A stretch of 64,000 bases of DNA from an uncultured Phycisphaerales bacterium (GTDB lineage: Bacteria; Planctomycetota; Phycisphaerae; Sedimentisphaerales; Anaerobacaceae), in the NCBI GenBank assembly GCA_963718665.1, contig OY970359.1:576001-640000 (forward strand), in the 5' to 3' direction. The notes under the pieces are model-generated. The model was not told the origin of the DNA. It worked only from the letters and a program-made list of their open reading frames with translations, and ran no database searches. A program made the position numbers and the translations under genes. Shown here one piece after another: positions 42,225 to 52,334 of the stretch. The stretch's first letter is position 1; every line of letters starts with the position of its first letter.

Positions 42225-42681
42225 GAAAGTGAAACGTATGGGTAAGCATTTTCTGGCAGTCTTGTATTCTGTATTGTTGTTATTACTATGTGTCAGTGGA
42301 TGTTATGTGGCAGGCGGAAGGGGCGGAGGTGGTATTACGCATTATAGTCCACTAAGTAGTGTGGATTGCGGCAAACCATGGGTAATTTCAGTCGGCTATT
42401 CTCTTGCGATGGTTGACCGGAAAGAAAAACCCAGCAAGCTTATAGAAAGATTTAAGGCCGGTGTGGTTCATATTCATTATTCCTCAGATAATAATTTTAT
42501 CGACGTTCCTATGGTTTTTGAAAGCGTGAATCCTGAAACTGGCAAATTGAAAATGAAGGCAGACATGAAACCAATCCCCTGTGATTCCAATATTGAATAT
42601 GTAGGTTACCTTATAGATTTCATGTTCGACAATCACTATAAAAAGTCAAAATATCATATTGTCCCCGTCACCAAAAAATAA
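42217..42681 (+). CDS. Small lipoprotein (cassette A)
   Basis: TTG start overlapping the previous stop, lipobox VSGC; diverged paralog at 52327. Confidence 0.78.
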   Translation: MNKKVKRMGKHFLAVLYSVLLLLLCVSGCYVAGGRGGGGITHYSPLSSVDCGKPWVISVGYSLAMVDRKEKPSKLIERFKAGVVHIHYSSDNNFIDVPMVFESVNPETGKLKMKADMKPIPCDSNIEYVGYLIDFMFDNHYKKSKYHIVPVTKK

Positions 42682-42714
42682 TTTGTCTCATTTGATTCCG
42701 GCAGGATATAAAAA

Positions 42715-43860
42715 ATGAAAAGAATGGTGTTATTTTGTTTTATAATCTCATACATTTTATGTGGTTGCAGCTACAATAATAAAACGGAAGATAAAGAATA
42801 TATTCGGCGGTATGGAATGATGGTTGGTTATGTTCCCGGGCCGTTTTTCCAATATGGCCAAACAAAACTGGCCGAATCTCGGCATTTCGACCTTGGTAAT
42901 ATTCCTAACGAAGTTCGCAAAATAAAAGCTGTTGTTCCATTTTCTAATCCCGGCAGAGAGCCGTTAGTTATCGAAAAAGTTAACAGTCCCTGCCCCTGCT
43001 TTTCCGGCTGGGATGGTGATAAAGAGGTCACGCCTGATCAAAATGGCGTGATAAATATTTATTTTGATAAGGACAAAATAGAATCCGGCCATGTAAGTCG
43101 TTTTGTGCGCATAAATACAAACGACCCTGCCAATAGCGAAGTAAAAATACTTTTCGACCTCAACGTTATTCGTAGTCCGGAGGAAGAAGACATTCTTTCG
43201 CTGCGAGATGAAATCCAGAGGATAAAAAGCGAATTACAGTCCCTTCGTAAGGAAATCCGGCAACTGGCCCCTGCACGGAATACTGGCAGTAAGAGGGAAT
43301 CTGTCCCTTCAAATAAGTTGGATACGAATGTTTATGATGTTAATATTGGTTCATCTCCGACCCTCGGACCTGACAATGCCCCTGTCACAATTGTGGAATT
43401 TTTCGACTTTCAGTGCCCTTTCTGTGCGAAGGAATATCCAAAGATTAAGCAAATTATGGCTGAATACCCCGGCAAAATACGGGTTGTTTTTAAGCATTTT
43501 CCGCTGAATTTTCACAAGCAGGCCTTCGCCGTCCATGCGGTAACGGAATTTGCTCTTCGCCAAAAAGGGCCGGATGCTTTTTGGAAATTGCATGATATGA
43601 TTATGGCCGACCCCGAAAAGATAGATACCGCGACTTTACGAACATACGCACAAAAAATCGGATTGGATATAACCGAATTGGACAAACTATGGGCGGATGA
43701 GAAATCAATAGCGGAATTACTAAAGGCGGACAAAGAACTGGCGGAAAAATGCAACGTCAACAGCACGCCCACAATATTTATCAACGGCAGGAAACTTGCT
43801 GACCGTTCTTTGGATGGCTATCGCAGCCGAATTAAGGAAACGCTGAGCCAGGCCAAATGA
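42715..43860 (+). CDS. Lipoprotein with DUF1573-like Ig domain and DsbA-like thioredoxin domain
   Basis: LCGC lipobox; FSNPGREPLVIEKVNSPCPC; APVTIVEFFDFQCPFC; VFKHFPL; VNSTPTIFING. Confidence 0.9.
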   Translation: MKRMVLFCFIISYILCGCSYNNKTEDKEYIRRYGMMVGYVPGPFFQYGQTKLAESRHFDLGNIPNEVRKIKAVVPFSNPGREPLVIEKVNSPCPCFSGWDGDKEVTPDQNGVINIYFDKDKIESGHVSRFVRINTNDPANSEVKILFDLNVIRSPEEEDILSLRDEIQRIKSELQSLRKEIRQLAPARNTGSKRESVPSNKLDTNVYDVNIGSSPTLGPDNAPVTIVEFFDFQCPFCAKEYPKIKQIMAEYPGKIRVVFKHFPLNFHKQAFAVHAVTEFALRQKGPDAFWKLHDMIMADPEKIDTATLRTYAQKIGLDITELDKLWADEKSIAELLKADKELAEKCNVNSTPTIFINGRKLADRSLDGYRSRIKETLSQAK

Positions 43861-43862
43861 TA

Positions 43863-43942
43863 GATTTTGAATACTCCTGCAGGGCACAGGCAGCCATCGG
43901 CTGTTTTACGGGCTAATTATCGTTATGGTTTTGCTCTTAACA
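43863..43942 (+). repeat. Cassette junction element, copy 1 (TPR-derived left arm plus invariant 47-mer at 43896-43942)
   Basis: ATCGGCTGTTTTACGGGCTAATTATCGTTATGGTTTTGCTCTTAACA. Confidence 0.92.
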
Positions 43943-44794
43943 GCGACTGTTTATGATGCCTGTGGTGTTGGTGGTGGTGGCCATCCGCCTTGCCCGATAT
44001 GCTATAGCTGGGGTTATGATGATGTCTTGGATGAGTGGGGATGTTATATTTGGACCTGCGGTAAGCAACAGTGTTGCAACGGAACATGTTATGACCCTAG
44101 TACCACGGGATGCTGTAACGGCGTAACCTATGACCTTAGTTCCCAGGCATGTTGCGGCGGGGCGATTCAGACTAAAGGCGGCTGTATGGACTGCATAAAT
44201 AACGCATGGGTATCCACTTGCGATTCCTCCCAGTGCCAGACCTGCGTAGGCGGCCAATGCAAGGTTTGCGGCGGCGACGCAAACCAGGCCTGCTGTAACG
44301 GCACATGCTACGACATTAGCACCCAGGGCTGCTGTTATGGAGAATTGTACAGTTTTAATGACTGTAAGTATTGCGACGACGAAGCCGAAGCCCCGTTATC
44401 CACTTGTGACCCAAGCCAGTGCGAGACCTGCGATGGCAATGGCAGTTGTGTGGTTTGCGGCAACGACCCAAATCAATTCTGCTGTAACGGCGAATGCTAC
44501 GAGAACGACGATGACGATTCTGAAATGCTACTACAAACCGGCCGGTTAACCTTCAACCAAGGCAAATGGCAGGAGTCTATTTCCTATTTTGAAAGAGCGA
44601 TGACCAAATTTCCTGCCGGCAGTAAACCGCCCGATGCCCTCTATGCACTGGCGAGGATGTATGAAGAAACAGGGGATATATCTAAGGCAATGGATACCTA
44701 CGGGCAATTGCTCACTTTATTGGAAGACGGAAGCCCGGTAATTCAAAAGGTAAAAACGCGTATTATATCGTTCCAGGAAGAATCCGGAAATTAG
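43925..44794 (+). CDS. Cys-rich protein, cassette B (5'-truncated leader): constant N-terminus plus TPR C-terminus
   Basis: Same constant region, further CCNG repeats, acidic NDDDDSE linker, TPR pair (GKWQESISYFE...DALYALARMYEETG). Confidence 0.75.
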   Translation: MVLLLTATVYDACGVGGGGHPPCPICYSWGYDDVLDEWGCYIWTCGKQQCCNGTCYDPSTTGCCNGVTYDLSSQACCGGAIQTKGGCMDCINNAWVSTCDSSQCQTCVGGQCKVCGGDANQACCNGTCYDISTQGCCYGELYSFNDCKYCDDEAEAPLSTCDPSQCETCDGNGSCVVCGNDPNQFCCNGECYENDDDDSEMLLQTGRLTFNQGKWQESISYFERAMTKFPAGSKPPDALYALARMYEETGDISKAMDTYGQLLTLLEDGSPVIQKVKTRIISFQEESGN

Positions 44795-44809
44795 AAAGGA
44801 GATAAGTCA

Positions 44810-45151
44810 ATGGAACTTTTGAAGCGTATGAATTATGAGATTGTTTTTATTATAGCGACAACCATTGTTGCGATATGTACGGCGCTTCCTGCTTGCACGA
44901 TACGCGGAGAAAGAACTTTTGGAGGTGACAATACTGGCAAACGTTGCACACAGAATGTTTCACCTAATCCGAAATGCGCAACCAGACCTGGTGGAGAACC
45001 TTGCCCTCTTATACATACTCAGTGTAAACTCTCATGCACTGGTTCTTCAACTTGTACTGTTTGTTCAGATGCATCTGATGCATGTCGTCCCTGTAGGTTA
45101 GACCTTGTCCACTGTATAAATCAGCCCAACGAGGATTGTTATAGTGAGTAA
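44810..45151 (+). CDS. Small secreted Cys-rich peptide (13 Cys, possible GG cleavage site)
   Basis: RBS AAGGAG, hydrophobic leader, ERTFGG then 11 Cys. Confidence 0.75.
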   Translation: MELLKRMNYEIVFIIATTIVAICTALPACTIRGERTFGGDNTGKRCTQNVSPNPKCATRPGGEPCPLIHTQCKLSCTGSSTCTVCSDASDACRPCRLDLVHCINQPNEDCYSE

Positions 45152-45195
45152 AAATAATCTGTGCCGAATAAAATGAAGTATATAGGAGCTATTTT

Positions 45196-46257
45196 ATGAT
45201 TAAGAAAAATTATTTATTGACTGCCATAATCGTTATGTCTCTGATGGTGTCTTCTGAGGGTATGGCGCTTACGGCCAGCCAGGTCCTCGATAAGTATAAG
45301 GAGTCGCTTAACTGGACTCGGTCTGTTTCAATGCGTGTTGATGTAAATGTGGACATTCTTGAGTGGCCTGACGCAAATATCCCCCGGTATTATTCAAGGC
45401 CTCAATTTGTTTATCGGCAAGACGGAAATAACTGCGAATGGATTGGAAAGGGCCTTGTATTCGATGCTAACTGGAAATTATTGGATGACAGCAGCTTAAA
45501 CATCCAGGACATCTTTGCAAATGGCCGGTATTTTACCATTTCTCCCACACAACATGGTCCGAACAAGATACCCCGTTATGCGATGATTACGCGCGATTCC
45601 AATCCGTATTATCAGCAGCGATTAGGAGAATTGAGCGCATCAAGCATATTTGGAGGGCCTTTGTTTGGCAAGATGGGTGGAAATAGTAATTATAGTATTG
45701 CCGACCTTCTTGGTAGTGACACAAATCTGCATTTGCGTCCGGATACAGAACCAATAAGAGGTAATTTATGTTATGTTCTTGAGGGCATAACAAAATATGG
45801 TCGCATAACGGCATGGATATCGTCAGACAATGCATACAATGCCCTGAAATGGTCTGTGGAAAAGGGACCAAATGACCTCGTTAATGATAAACCTGCAGGA
45901 ACAATTGTAGAAAAAAGTATTTATGAATTTGACCTCGTTGATTTCCATGAAGTAAACGGGATAATTGTTCCTAAAGATGCCTATTTAACAACAACTGGAA
46001 AATTATCTTTTGATGGTAAAACTATTGCTCGTTATACATATCAGATCTCGCAGGTCTCTTTAAAGCCGGATTTCAAAGCCCTTGGCGCCTTCACGCCAAA
46101 TGTGCCGGAGGGAACACGCGTAAAACTACTGGAAGCGCCGGGGGTTCGATATGTCTGGCGAAACAACAAAGCTGTCCTCGATGTCAATGAGGCAACGTTT
46201 GAAAAAATCGATAAGACAATCGAGCAGTTCAAGCAACAGCAAGATGCGAACCAATAG
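45196..46257 (+). CDS. Secreted beta-rich partner protein (LolA-like fold suspected)
   Basis: RBS AGGAG, signal peptide, IRGNLCYVLEG, NGIIVPK, FTPNVPEGTRV. Confidence 0.75.
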   Translation: MIKKNYLLTAIIVMSLMVSSEGMALTASQVLDKYKESLNWTRSVSMRVDVNVDILEWPDANIPRYYSRPQFVYRQDGNNCEWIGKGLVFDANWKLLDDSSLNIQDIFANGRYFTISPTQHGPNKIPRYAMITRDSNPYYQQRLGELSASSIFGGPLFGKMGGNSNYSIADLLGSDTNLHLRPDTEPIRGNLCYVLEGITKYGRITAWISSDNAYNALKWSVEKGPNDLVNDKPAGTIVEKSIYEFDLVDFHEVNGIIVPKDAYLTTTGKLSFDGKTIARYTYQISQVSLKPDFKALGAFTPNVPEGTRVKLLEAPGVRYVWRNNKAVLDVNEATFEKIDKTIEQFKQQQDANQ

Positions 46258-46277
46258 GGAAAGGTTTAAACAACAAG

Positions 46278-47108
46278 GTGAAACCGATATCACTTAAACC
46301 ATTGCTATTTTTGGTTTTTCTGGTCGTTACTCTATGCGGCTTTTGCTTTGATTGCCAAGCAGCAGAACCAAATACTGTTTCCCTCCAGCAGAAATCATCC
46401 GGTGGTTATTGCGGGATTTATTCTTTGTATGGGGCGATGAAATATTTTGGGGTGCATGTTGAACCGAATGAGTTGCTGAAACCCGAATATATCGGCTCGA
46501 TTCAGGGTAGCTCTCTTGCTGAGTTGAAAAAGGCCGCAGAGAAATATGGCTTGTTTGCTATTCCGGTCGCGCGTCTATCTACGAAAGACCTTCGTAAATC
46601 ATCTTTACCCGTAATTATTCACGTCAAATCCTCACCAACCGACAGAAAGTATGACCACTATGAGTTATTTTTAGGTTCAAAGCAGGGACAAGCGTTGATT
46701 TATGACCCTCCGACCCCTATTGAATCGGTGGAGTTTTGGACATTGGCTCCGCGATGGGACGGCAGCGGGTTACTTATATCTAATAAGCCAATAAACCCCA
46801 ATTTTGTTTTTGCATCTTCCCGCTTGCGATTCGTCGGATATACGGGGATTGCAGTATTATTAGTTCTTGCAGCAAGGTGGGGACATAGATATTTGTTTGA
46901 TTATCGCCCAGCGATGTCTCGTAAACAAAAATTTCTATTGAGTATAGGTCAGTGTATGATTCTGGTACTGATTTCGGTTTTTATCGCTATTGTGTATCAT
47001 TCATACAATGATGAGGGATTGCTTTTGCGTAAACAGGCAACTCAAGCTATTCAACTGGCGTATAAATCAAACCATAACAATATACACAAGACAGGCGATA
47101 CCAAATGA
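46278..47108 (+). CDS. Stand-alone C39-like cysteine peptidase with C-terminal TM helices
   Basis: YCGIYSL (Cys), GSSLAELKKAAEKYGL, LPVIIHV...HYEL (His), IYDP (Asp), RWDGSGLLIS; no ABC domain. Confidence 0.85.
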   Translation: MKPISLKPLLFLVFLVVTLCGFCFDCQAAEPNTVSLQQKSSGGYCGIYSLYGAMKYFGVHVEPNELLKPEYIGSIQGSSLAELKKAAEKYGLFAIPVARLSTKDLRKSSLPVIIHVKSSPTDRKYDHYELFLGSKQGQALIYDPPTPIESVEFWTLAPRWDGSGLLISNKPINPNFVFASSRLRFVGYTGIAVLLVLAARWGHRYLFDYRPAMSRKQKFLLSIGQCMILVLISVFIAIVYHSYNDEGLLLRKQATQAIQLAYKSNHNNIHKTGDTK

Positions 47109-47563
47109 AACGTCAAATTGTTGAAGTTTTTGTGATTTTGGTGCGAATAGCGATTGGCAGTATTTTTATAGCCAGCAGCATACCAAAATTGCGCCAGCCA
47201 TACGATTTTCTGGCCAGCGTTTACAGTTATAAGCTTGTAGGGTTTCAATTCGGCCTCGCGGTGGCAGTGGTTTTGCCCTGGGTTGAACTTTTTGTGGGAA
47301 TCTGTTTGGTGGGGGGTATTTTAGTAACGGGGGCGCTTTTGGCAAGTATTGGATTGTTCACAATGTTCGGTTTCGTTCTGGCGTCTGCTTTATGGCGCGG
47401 CCTCAATATAAGCTGCGGCTGCTTTAATTCTTCTGATACGAACATTATCAGTTACTGGACTTTAGGCCGAGCAATAGGGCTGTTGTTAATATCATTAGCA
47501 ACATGGCTTTTCGCTGTAATTGTCACACGTATATCGAGTGAAAATTTAAACGTTCAAAAATGA
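47105..47563 (+). CDS. MauE/DoxX family redox membrane protein
   Basis: RIAIGSIFIASSIPKL, LPWVELFVG, RGLNISCGCF. Confidence 0.9.
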   Translation: MKRQIVEVFVILVRIAIGSIFIASSIPKLRQPYDFLASVYSYKLVGFQFGLAVAVVLPWVELFVGICLVGGILVTGALLASIGLFTMFGFVLASALWRGLNISCGCFNSSDTNIISYWTLGRAIGLLLISLATWLFAVIVTRISSENLNVQK

Positions 47564-47685
47564 CATCACAGAAAAACCACGTTCCGGTTCAAGAAAAACT
47601 CCGTTTTGCTTTATCGCCCTTTCACAAGTAAATAAGTAAAGCGTGGTCAAACGGGCAGCGAACACCCAAAGCTACCTTAGGGCAA

Positions 47686-48108
47686 ATGGATGCCGAGGCC
47701 ACGTTAATTGCCGCTGTCAATTACCATGAGATGGGCAGGTGGACGGACGCTATCAATAATTATCAAAAAGTCCTCGACAACTGGCCTGATTTTGAACACG
47801 CCTGCGGGATACAGGCGGCAATCGGCGGCTGTTACGAAAAGCTTAGAGATAAGGAAGGAGTTCCGAAAGAAGGGGTAAATCCTTTAATAGAGGATGCCTA
47901 CATAGCAATTTTGACTAATTACCCCAACTGTTATGCAATTAAAAATGCGGCATATAAACTTGCCGGGATCATGCTGGAAAAAGGTGATAAGGCCTCTGCT
48001 GCGAAGTATTATAAGAAGTTTCTTGAAACAGCCAGACCTAATGATGACCGTCTTGCACCTGTTAAAGCCAAACTTGCCGAATTGACCGCCGAAGGAGGGA
48101 ACAACTAA
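47686..48108 (+). pseudogene. 5'-truncated copy of the TPR gene's 3' end
   Basis: C-terminal ~120 aa identical to 38291-40063; lacks signal peptide and N-terminal ~450 aa. Confidence 0.85.
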
Positions 48109-49019
48109 TGATAATGCTGCTTACAAAAAAGACCTTATGGACGTATATTATTACAAGCATGGTTTTATTTATAACAATACTTGTTAATGATGCCTTCGGT
48201 GTTGGTGGTGGTGGTGGCCATCCGCCTTGCCCGATATGCTATAGCTGGGGTTATGATGATGTCTTGGATGAGTGGGGATGTTATATTTGGACCTGCGGTA
48301 ATCAACAGTGTTGCAACGGAACATGTTTTGACCCTAGTACCAAGGGATGCTGTAATGGCGTAACCTATGACCTTAGTTCCCAGGCATGTTGCGGCGGGGC
48401 GATTCAGACTAAAGGCGGCTGTATGGGTTGCGTAAATGATAACTGGGTATCCCTTTGCGACTCCTCCCAGTGCCAGACCTGCGTAGATGGTAACTGCAAA
48501 TCTTGCAATGAAGCAGATCCGAATAAAGATTGCTGTAACGGCGCATGCTATGACCCCGCAACCCAGGGATGCTGTAACGGCGAAATCTATGACCCCAATA
48601 CTGAAAAGTGTTGCTGCAATGGTACACCTCTCCCGAAGTGTAAGTTAACTGATGGAGAGGTTTGTGCAGACCCTTGTGGCCATTATCCCCCATGTAATTG
48701 GAGATGTACTTATATGACGGGTGATAATTGTCTTGGTGTATATTCAAGAGAATACAAAGGATGGACAGAAAAAATATGTAGCGGAGGTTGTCCAGGCGAA
48801 TGCGAGTCCAATGAAAGCGTTTGTTATATACAAACACAATGTCAAACAGTTTGGATGCCTGTAGTGTCTCAGCAATGCGTTGGGCCCTCGCCAGCTGGCG
48901 GATGTAAGTCGCTAAATGAAAATAATTTTGGCGTATGGTGCTTTCACTGTGACGTTATGCCTAATACTCAATGTAGTATAAAAAGACAAAATGATGCCTG
49001 TATAAGTTGTGGAGAATAA
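48108..49019 (+). CDS. Cys-rich secreted protein, cassette C: full leader, constant N-terminus plus unique Cys-rich C-terminus
   Basis: Leader identical to cassette A; diverges after CDSSQCQTC. Confidence 0.85.
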   Translation: MIMLLTKKTLWTYIITSMVLFITILVNDAFGVGGGGGHPPCPICYSWGYDDVLDEWGCYIWTCGNQQCCNGTCFDPSTKGCCNGVTYDLSSQACCGGAIQTKGGCMGCVNDNWVSLCDSSQCQTCVDGNCKSCNEADPNKDCCNGACYDPATQGCCNGEIYDPNTEKCCCNGTPLPKCKLTDGEVCADPCGHYPPCNWRCTYMTGDNCLGVYSREYKGWTEKICSGGCPGECESNESVCYIQTQCQTVWMPVVSQQCVGPSPAGGCKSLNENNFGVWCFHCDVMPNTQCSIKRQNDACISCGE

Positions 49020-49021
49020 TT

Positions 49022-50131
49022 ATGAAATCTGAAAAAATAATGTTTGTGATTGTCAGTTTATTGGCTTTTACGGCTTTTGTATATGGTGAGCCAAATGATT
49101 TTAAGCCGGTTTCGAGTAATGACGTAAACTACGTTTTGAATATGCTCGCAGCCCATACCCAGGATAATTATGACCGCATTAACACATGGGAGGGGGAAAT
49201 AGAAAATACAGACTATATATGGTTCCACGGAACATCTGCCGAAAGAATTTTTAGGGGGTATATGGATAGCAATGAACAAGCCCCTGATGAAATTAAAGAA
49301 ACAGTAAAGGGCAACAATGGCTTTTTGGTTGATAGCAAGAAGGACAACCTCTTAATTCGTAGCACTCCTGTCGGAAAAATAACTTTATTGGATATTAAAA
49401 CCAATCGTTCATATGAATCAGGTTTGCAAAGAAGTGAAGATGCTGTAATTACAACGCCAGATTATCAGATAAAGTGCGACCCTTACAGATTGAACCGTGT
49501 TTCAAAAGAAACAATACAAAGGATGGGTACCAAAAGTCCTGTCTCAGGTAATATTATGATGGCTATGGGGGAGAATGACCCAAGAATTGTATTAAAAGGC
49601 CGAGGTTTACCTGTCTGGTCTATATTGGAATCTTTGGCCAAAAAAGGGTTAGAGCAGGGAGGTGTTTCCAACAAACTCGAAGAAAGAGTCAATGTCGGTT
49701 TAGTTGATTATCGAATAGAAATACCAGGTGTTGCAGATGGAAATGTTGTGGGATTCCTGAGTATGCTTTTTTCAGGCAATAAAGGTTTTCTTGTAACAGA
49801 ATACGAGACCAGAAACAAAGATGGCAGCCTCCGAGCAAAAGAGATGATAGATTTTACTTTGGTTGATGGTGTCTATTTGCCGGCCCGAATCCATTACACT
49901 TCTTATGAAGATAGTGGAAAAATGATGGAGGATAGGATGCAAATATTCAAAAATATGCGGGTCAATAAAACTATTCCGGAGGATTCTTTTACATATAAAA
50001 ACGCCGGTTTGAAAAATGGTGATTTATTCGACGACAAAATCGAAGGCAAGAAATACAAATACCAGGACGCGAATCTTGTCTCGATTGAAGAGCCAAATAA
50101 GTTGCCAGAGCCGAATAATCCGCCAAAATGA
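49022..50131 (+). CDS. Secreted beta-rich partner protein (cassette C)
   Basis: RBS GGAG, signal peptide, VDGVYLPARI, VNKTIPEDSFT. Confidence 0.78.
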   Translation: MKSEKIMFVIVSLLAFTAFVYGEPNDFKPVSSNDVNYVLNMLAAHTQDNYDRINTWEGEIENTDYIWFHGTSAERIFRGYMDSNEQAPDEIKETVKGNNGFLVDSKKDNLLIRSTPVGKITLLDIKTNRSYESGLQRSEDAVITTPDYQIKCDPYRLNRVSKETIQRMGTKSPVSGNIMMAMGENDPRIVLKGRGLPVWSILESLAKKGLEQGGVSNKLEERVNVGLVDYRIEIPGVADGNVVGFLSMLFSGNKGFLVTEYETRNKDGSLRAKEMIDFTLVDGVYLPARIHYTSYEDSGKMMEDRMQIFKNMRVNKTIPEDSFTYKNAGLKNGDLFDDKIEGKKYKYQDANLVSIEEPNKLPEPNNPPK

Positions 50132-50154
50132 CGGCGGATAAAATAGTTTGTCTC

Positions 50155-50244
50155 CAACTGGCCTGATTTTGAACCCGCCTGCGGAATACAGGTGGCCATC
50201 GGCTGTTTTACGGGCTAATTATCGTTATGGTTTTGCTCTTAACA
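50155..50244 (+). repeat. Cassette junction element, copy 2 (47-mer at 50198-50244)
   Basis: CAACTGGCCTGATTTTGAACCCGCCTGCGGAATACAGGTGGCC plus the invariant 47-mer. Confidence 0.92.
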
Positions 50245-51093
50245 GCGACTGTTAATGATGCCTGTGGTGTTGGTGGTGGTGGCCATCCGCCTTGCCCGGT
50301 ATGCTATAGCTGGGGTTATGATGATGTCTTGGATGAGTGGGGATGTTATATTTGGACCTGCGGTAATCAACAGTGTTGCAACGGAACATGTTTTGACCCT
50401 AGTACCACGGGATGCTGTAACGGCGTAACCTATGACCTTAGTTCCCAGGCATGTTGCGGCGGGGCGATTCAGACTAAAGGCGGCTGTATGGGTTGCGTAA
50501 ATGATAACTGGGTATCCCTTTGCGACTCCTCCCAGTGCCAGACCTGCGGCGGCAATGGCATTTGCGTATCAAAGTGCGACCCAAGCCAATGCCAGACCTG
50601 TGTGAACGGCAACTGTCCGGTTTGTTATCCGCACAAGTTGAACTGCTGTGATGATTACGATTGCTATCATTGTGTCGAGAAATCCTTCGGCGAAATCTGC
50701 CAACCATGTCTTTGGAAACCCTGGTCTTATGCGGTATTAATGACGTGTAACAGAGTCGATGATCCAACATTTAATCCAAAAACAGATGGATGTTCAAATC
50801 CTTTTGGCGACCATCCTAATGACCCAGCCGATTGTTGCGCTCCGGACAATTCGAGCTTTTATTGGGCTTGTTATAACCACGATTTTTGTTATCAGACATG
50901 TGGTGCCGATAAAGGCGGTTGTGACTCTGCCTTTGGCAATGATATGGAAGCTGTTTGTGCAGGCACAAGTCTCTTATGCCATGTTGTATGTGAAGCGCAA
51001 AGAGTGATATATTGGGCGGCAGTTTCACTCTGCGGAGAAGGCCCTTACGAAAGTGACCAATTAGATGCATGTGTTTGTTGTGATTGTTCTTAA
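50227..51093 (+). CDS. Cys-rich protein, cassette D (5'-truncated leader): phospholipase A2-like C-terminus, allele of A
   Basis: ACYNHDFCYQTCGADKGGCDSAF. Confidence 0.8.
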   Translation: MVLLLTATVNDACGVGGGGHPPCPVCYSWGYDDVLDEWGCYIWTCGNQQCCNGTCFDPSTTGCCNGVTYDLSSQACCGGAIQTKGGCMGCVNDNWVSLCDSSQCQTCGGNGICVSKCDPSQCQTCVNGNCPVCYPHKLNCCDDYDCYHCVEKSFGEICQPCLWKPWSYAVLMTCNRVDDPTFNPKTDGCSNPFGDHPNDPADCCAPDNSSFYWACYNHDFCYQTCGADKGGCDSAFGNDMEAVCAGTSLLCHVVCEAQRVIYWAAVSLCGEGPYESDQLDACVCCDCS

Positions 51094-51125
51094 CAGGTAA
51101 AATGAAATGAAATAGGAGATTTGAA

Positions 51126-52334
51126 ATGCGATGCTTATCGAAAAATATGGCCGGACTCGTGATTTGTATTATGGCATCAAACTTATACGCGGAGAAGTTG
51201 ACCGTGGTTTGGGAAAAAGAATTAGGCGATGACAATAATCTCAGTTATGTCGGTCACGAGGCAGTATGCAATAATGGGACTCTACAAGTTGTTGGTTATG
51301 CGTTTGATTCAAAAACGCGTTCATCCGGAAAGTACTGGTTCTGGCAGATTAATTCTGACGGTAACATCGTATCACATGAAGATTTCCACGCTGTTTCAAA
51401 TGTGCGTCCCTCGGATATTATTTTTGGCTCATGGCTAACAAAAGGATTGAAAGTTGACCAGAGCGGTATGTACTGTGCGGGCAAGTTCGGCTCAAAGGAA
51501 CATTCTTTCGCCAAATTCGGAGCTAACGATAAAAAATTGCTAAAAAAACAAATACCGGCTGACCCGAATAAAAACCCGAGCGACTCAAATGATAAATCAG
51601 AGGAGTTTGTCCTCAAGATGGTTGACCTGTCAGATAACAAGTTTCTTTTGGTAGGAAGAGATGCAAAATCTAATGGTTTTGCCGCAAAAGTCGATTCGGA
51701 TGGTGATGTTTATTGGTGCAGAGTGTTTGAGAAAAGCAAATTGTCTTTTATTGTCGATGCTGTTGAAGTCGAAAATAGTTTGATATTGTTGGAGTGTTTT
51801 TCGGATGGCGGACCTAAAAATAATTTCTATGAAGGTTTTAATTGTCGCCTTATAAAATGTGATTCCGACGGTAATATTCTTTATGAAAAGTCCTTTATCG
51901 GAAGCGGCGCATTTCCAAACAAATACCCGGAATTACACAAAACCGATTCAAACAGCTTCTTAGTCGGTTATGACAAACAGTGCGATTTGACCAAGATAGA
52001 ATATTGTGTGGTCAAATATGATGATAAGCTAAATCTGTTGTCTGAAAAAACAATCATCGATAAGGAAACCAAAACACCTGTTTATATACATATATTGCCG
52101 GTTTCATCTGGAGGGTTTATTACTGCTTATAATGATACTTTGGGCAAAATTACCGTTAGCAAATATTCGGGTTCAGGAGATTTATCGACCTCTTTGACTT
52201 TGGATAATATTGTTGTAATCGATGATTTCCGAATTGCTGGTTCAGACAATAAGTATTTTGTCATCGCATTGTCAATGCCCGCAAGCACCGATAACCGTGT
52301 TAAAACCAAGATAGCCGCCTTGAATATTGAATAA
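51126..52334 (+). CDS. Secreted beta-propeller-like partner protein (cassette D)
   Basis: Same length (402 aa) as 41016-42224, about 18 substitutions by eye. Confidence 0.8.
   Translation: MRCLSKNMAGLVICIMASNLYAEKLTVVWEKELGDDNNLSYVGHEAVCNNGTLQVVGYAFDSKTRSSGKYWFWQINSDGNIVSHEDFHAVSNVRPSDIIFGSWLTKGLKVDQSGMYCAGKFGSKEHSFAKFGANDKKLLKKQIPADPNKNPSDSNDKSEEFVLKMVDLSDNKFLLVGRDAKSNGFAAKVDSDGDVYWCRVFEKSKLSFIVDAVEVENSLILLECFSDGGPKNNFYEGFNCRLIKCDSDGNILYEKSFIGSGAFPNKYPELHKTDSNSFLVGYDKQCDLTKIEYCVVKYDDKLNLLSEKTIIDKETKTPVYIHILPVSSGGFITAYNDTLGKITVSKYSGSGDLSTSLTLDNIVVIDDFRIAGSDNKYFVIALSMPASTDNRVKTKIAALNIE

Larger units (their letters stand above)
40140..43860 (+). repeat. ~3.7-kb four-gene block duplicated at ~50250-53975
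   Basis: Offset 10110 bp (40983/51093, 41016/51126); similarity is patchy across the block. Confidence 0.92.

Noticed and set aside
50118..50139. Hairpin ATCCGCC/GGCGGAT as terminator after cassette C
   Set aside because: No U-tract follows on either strand; role uncertain.
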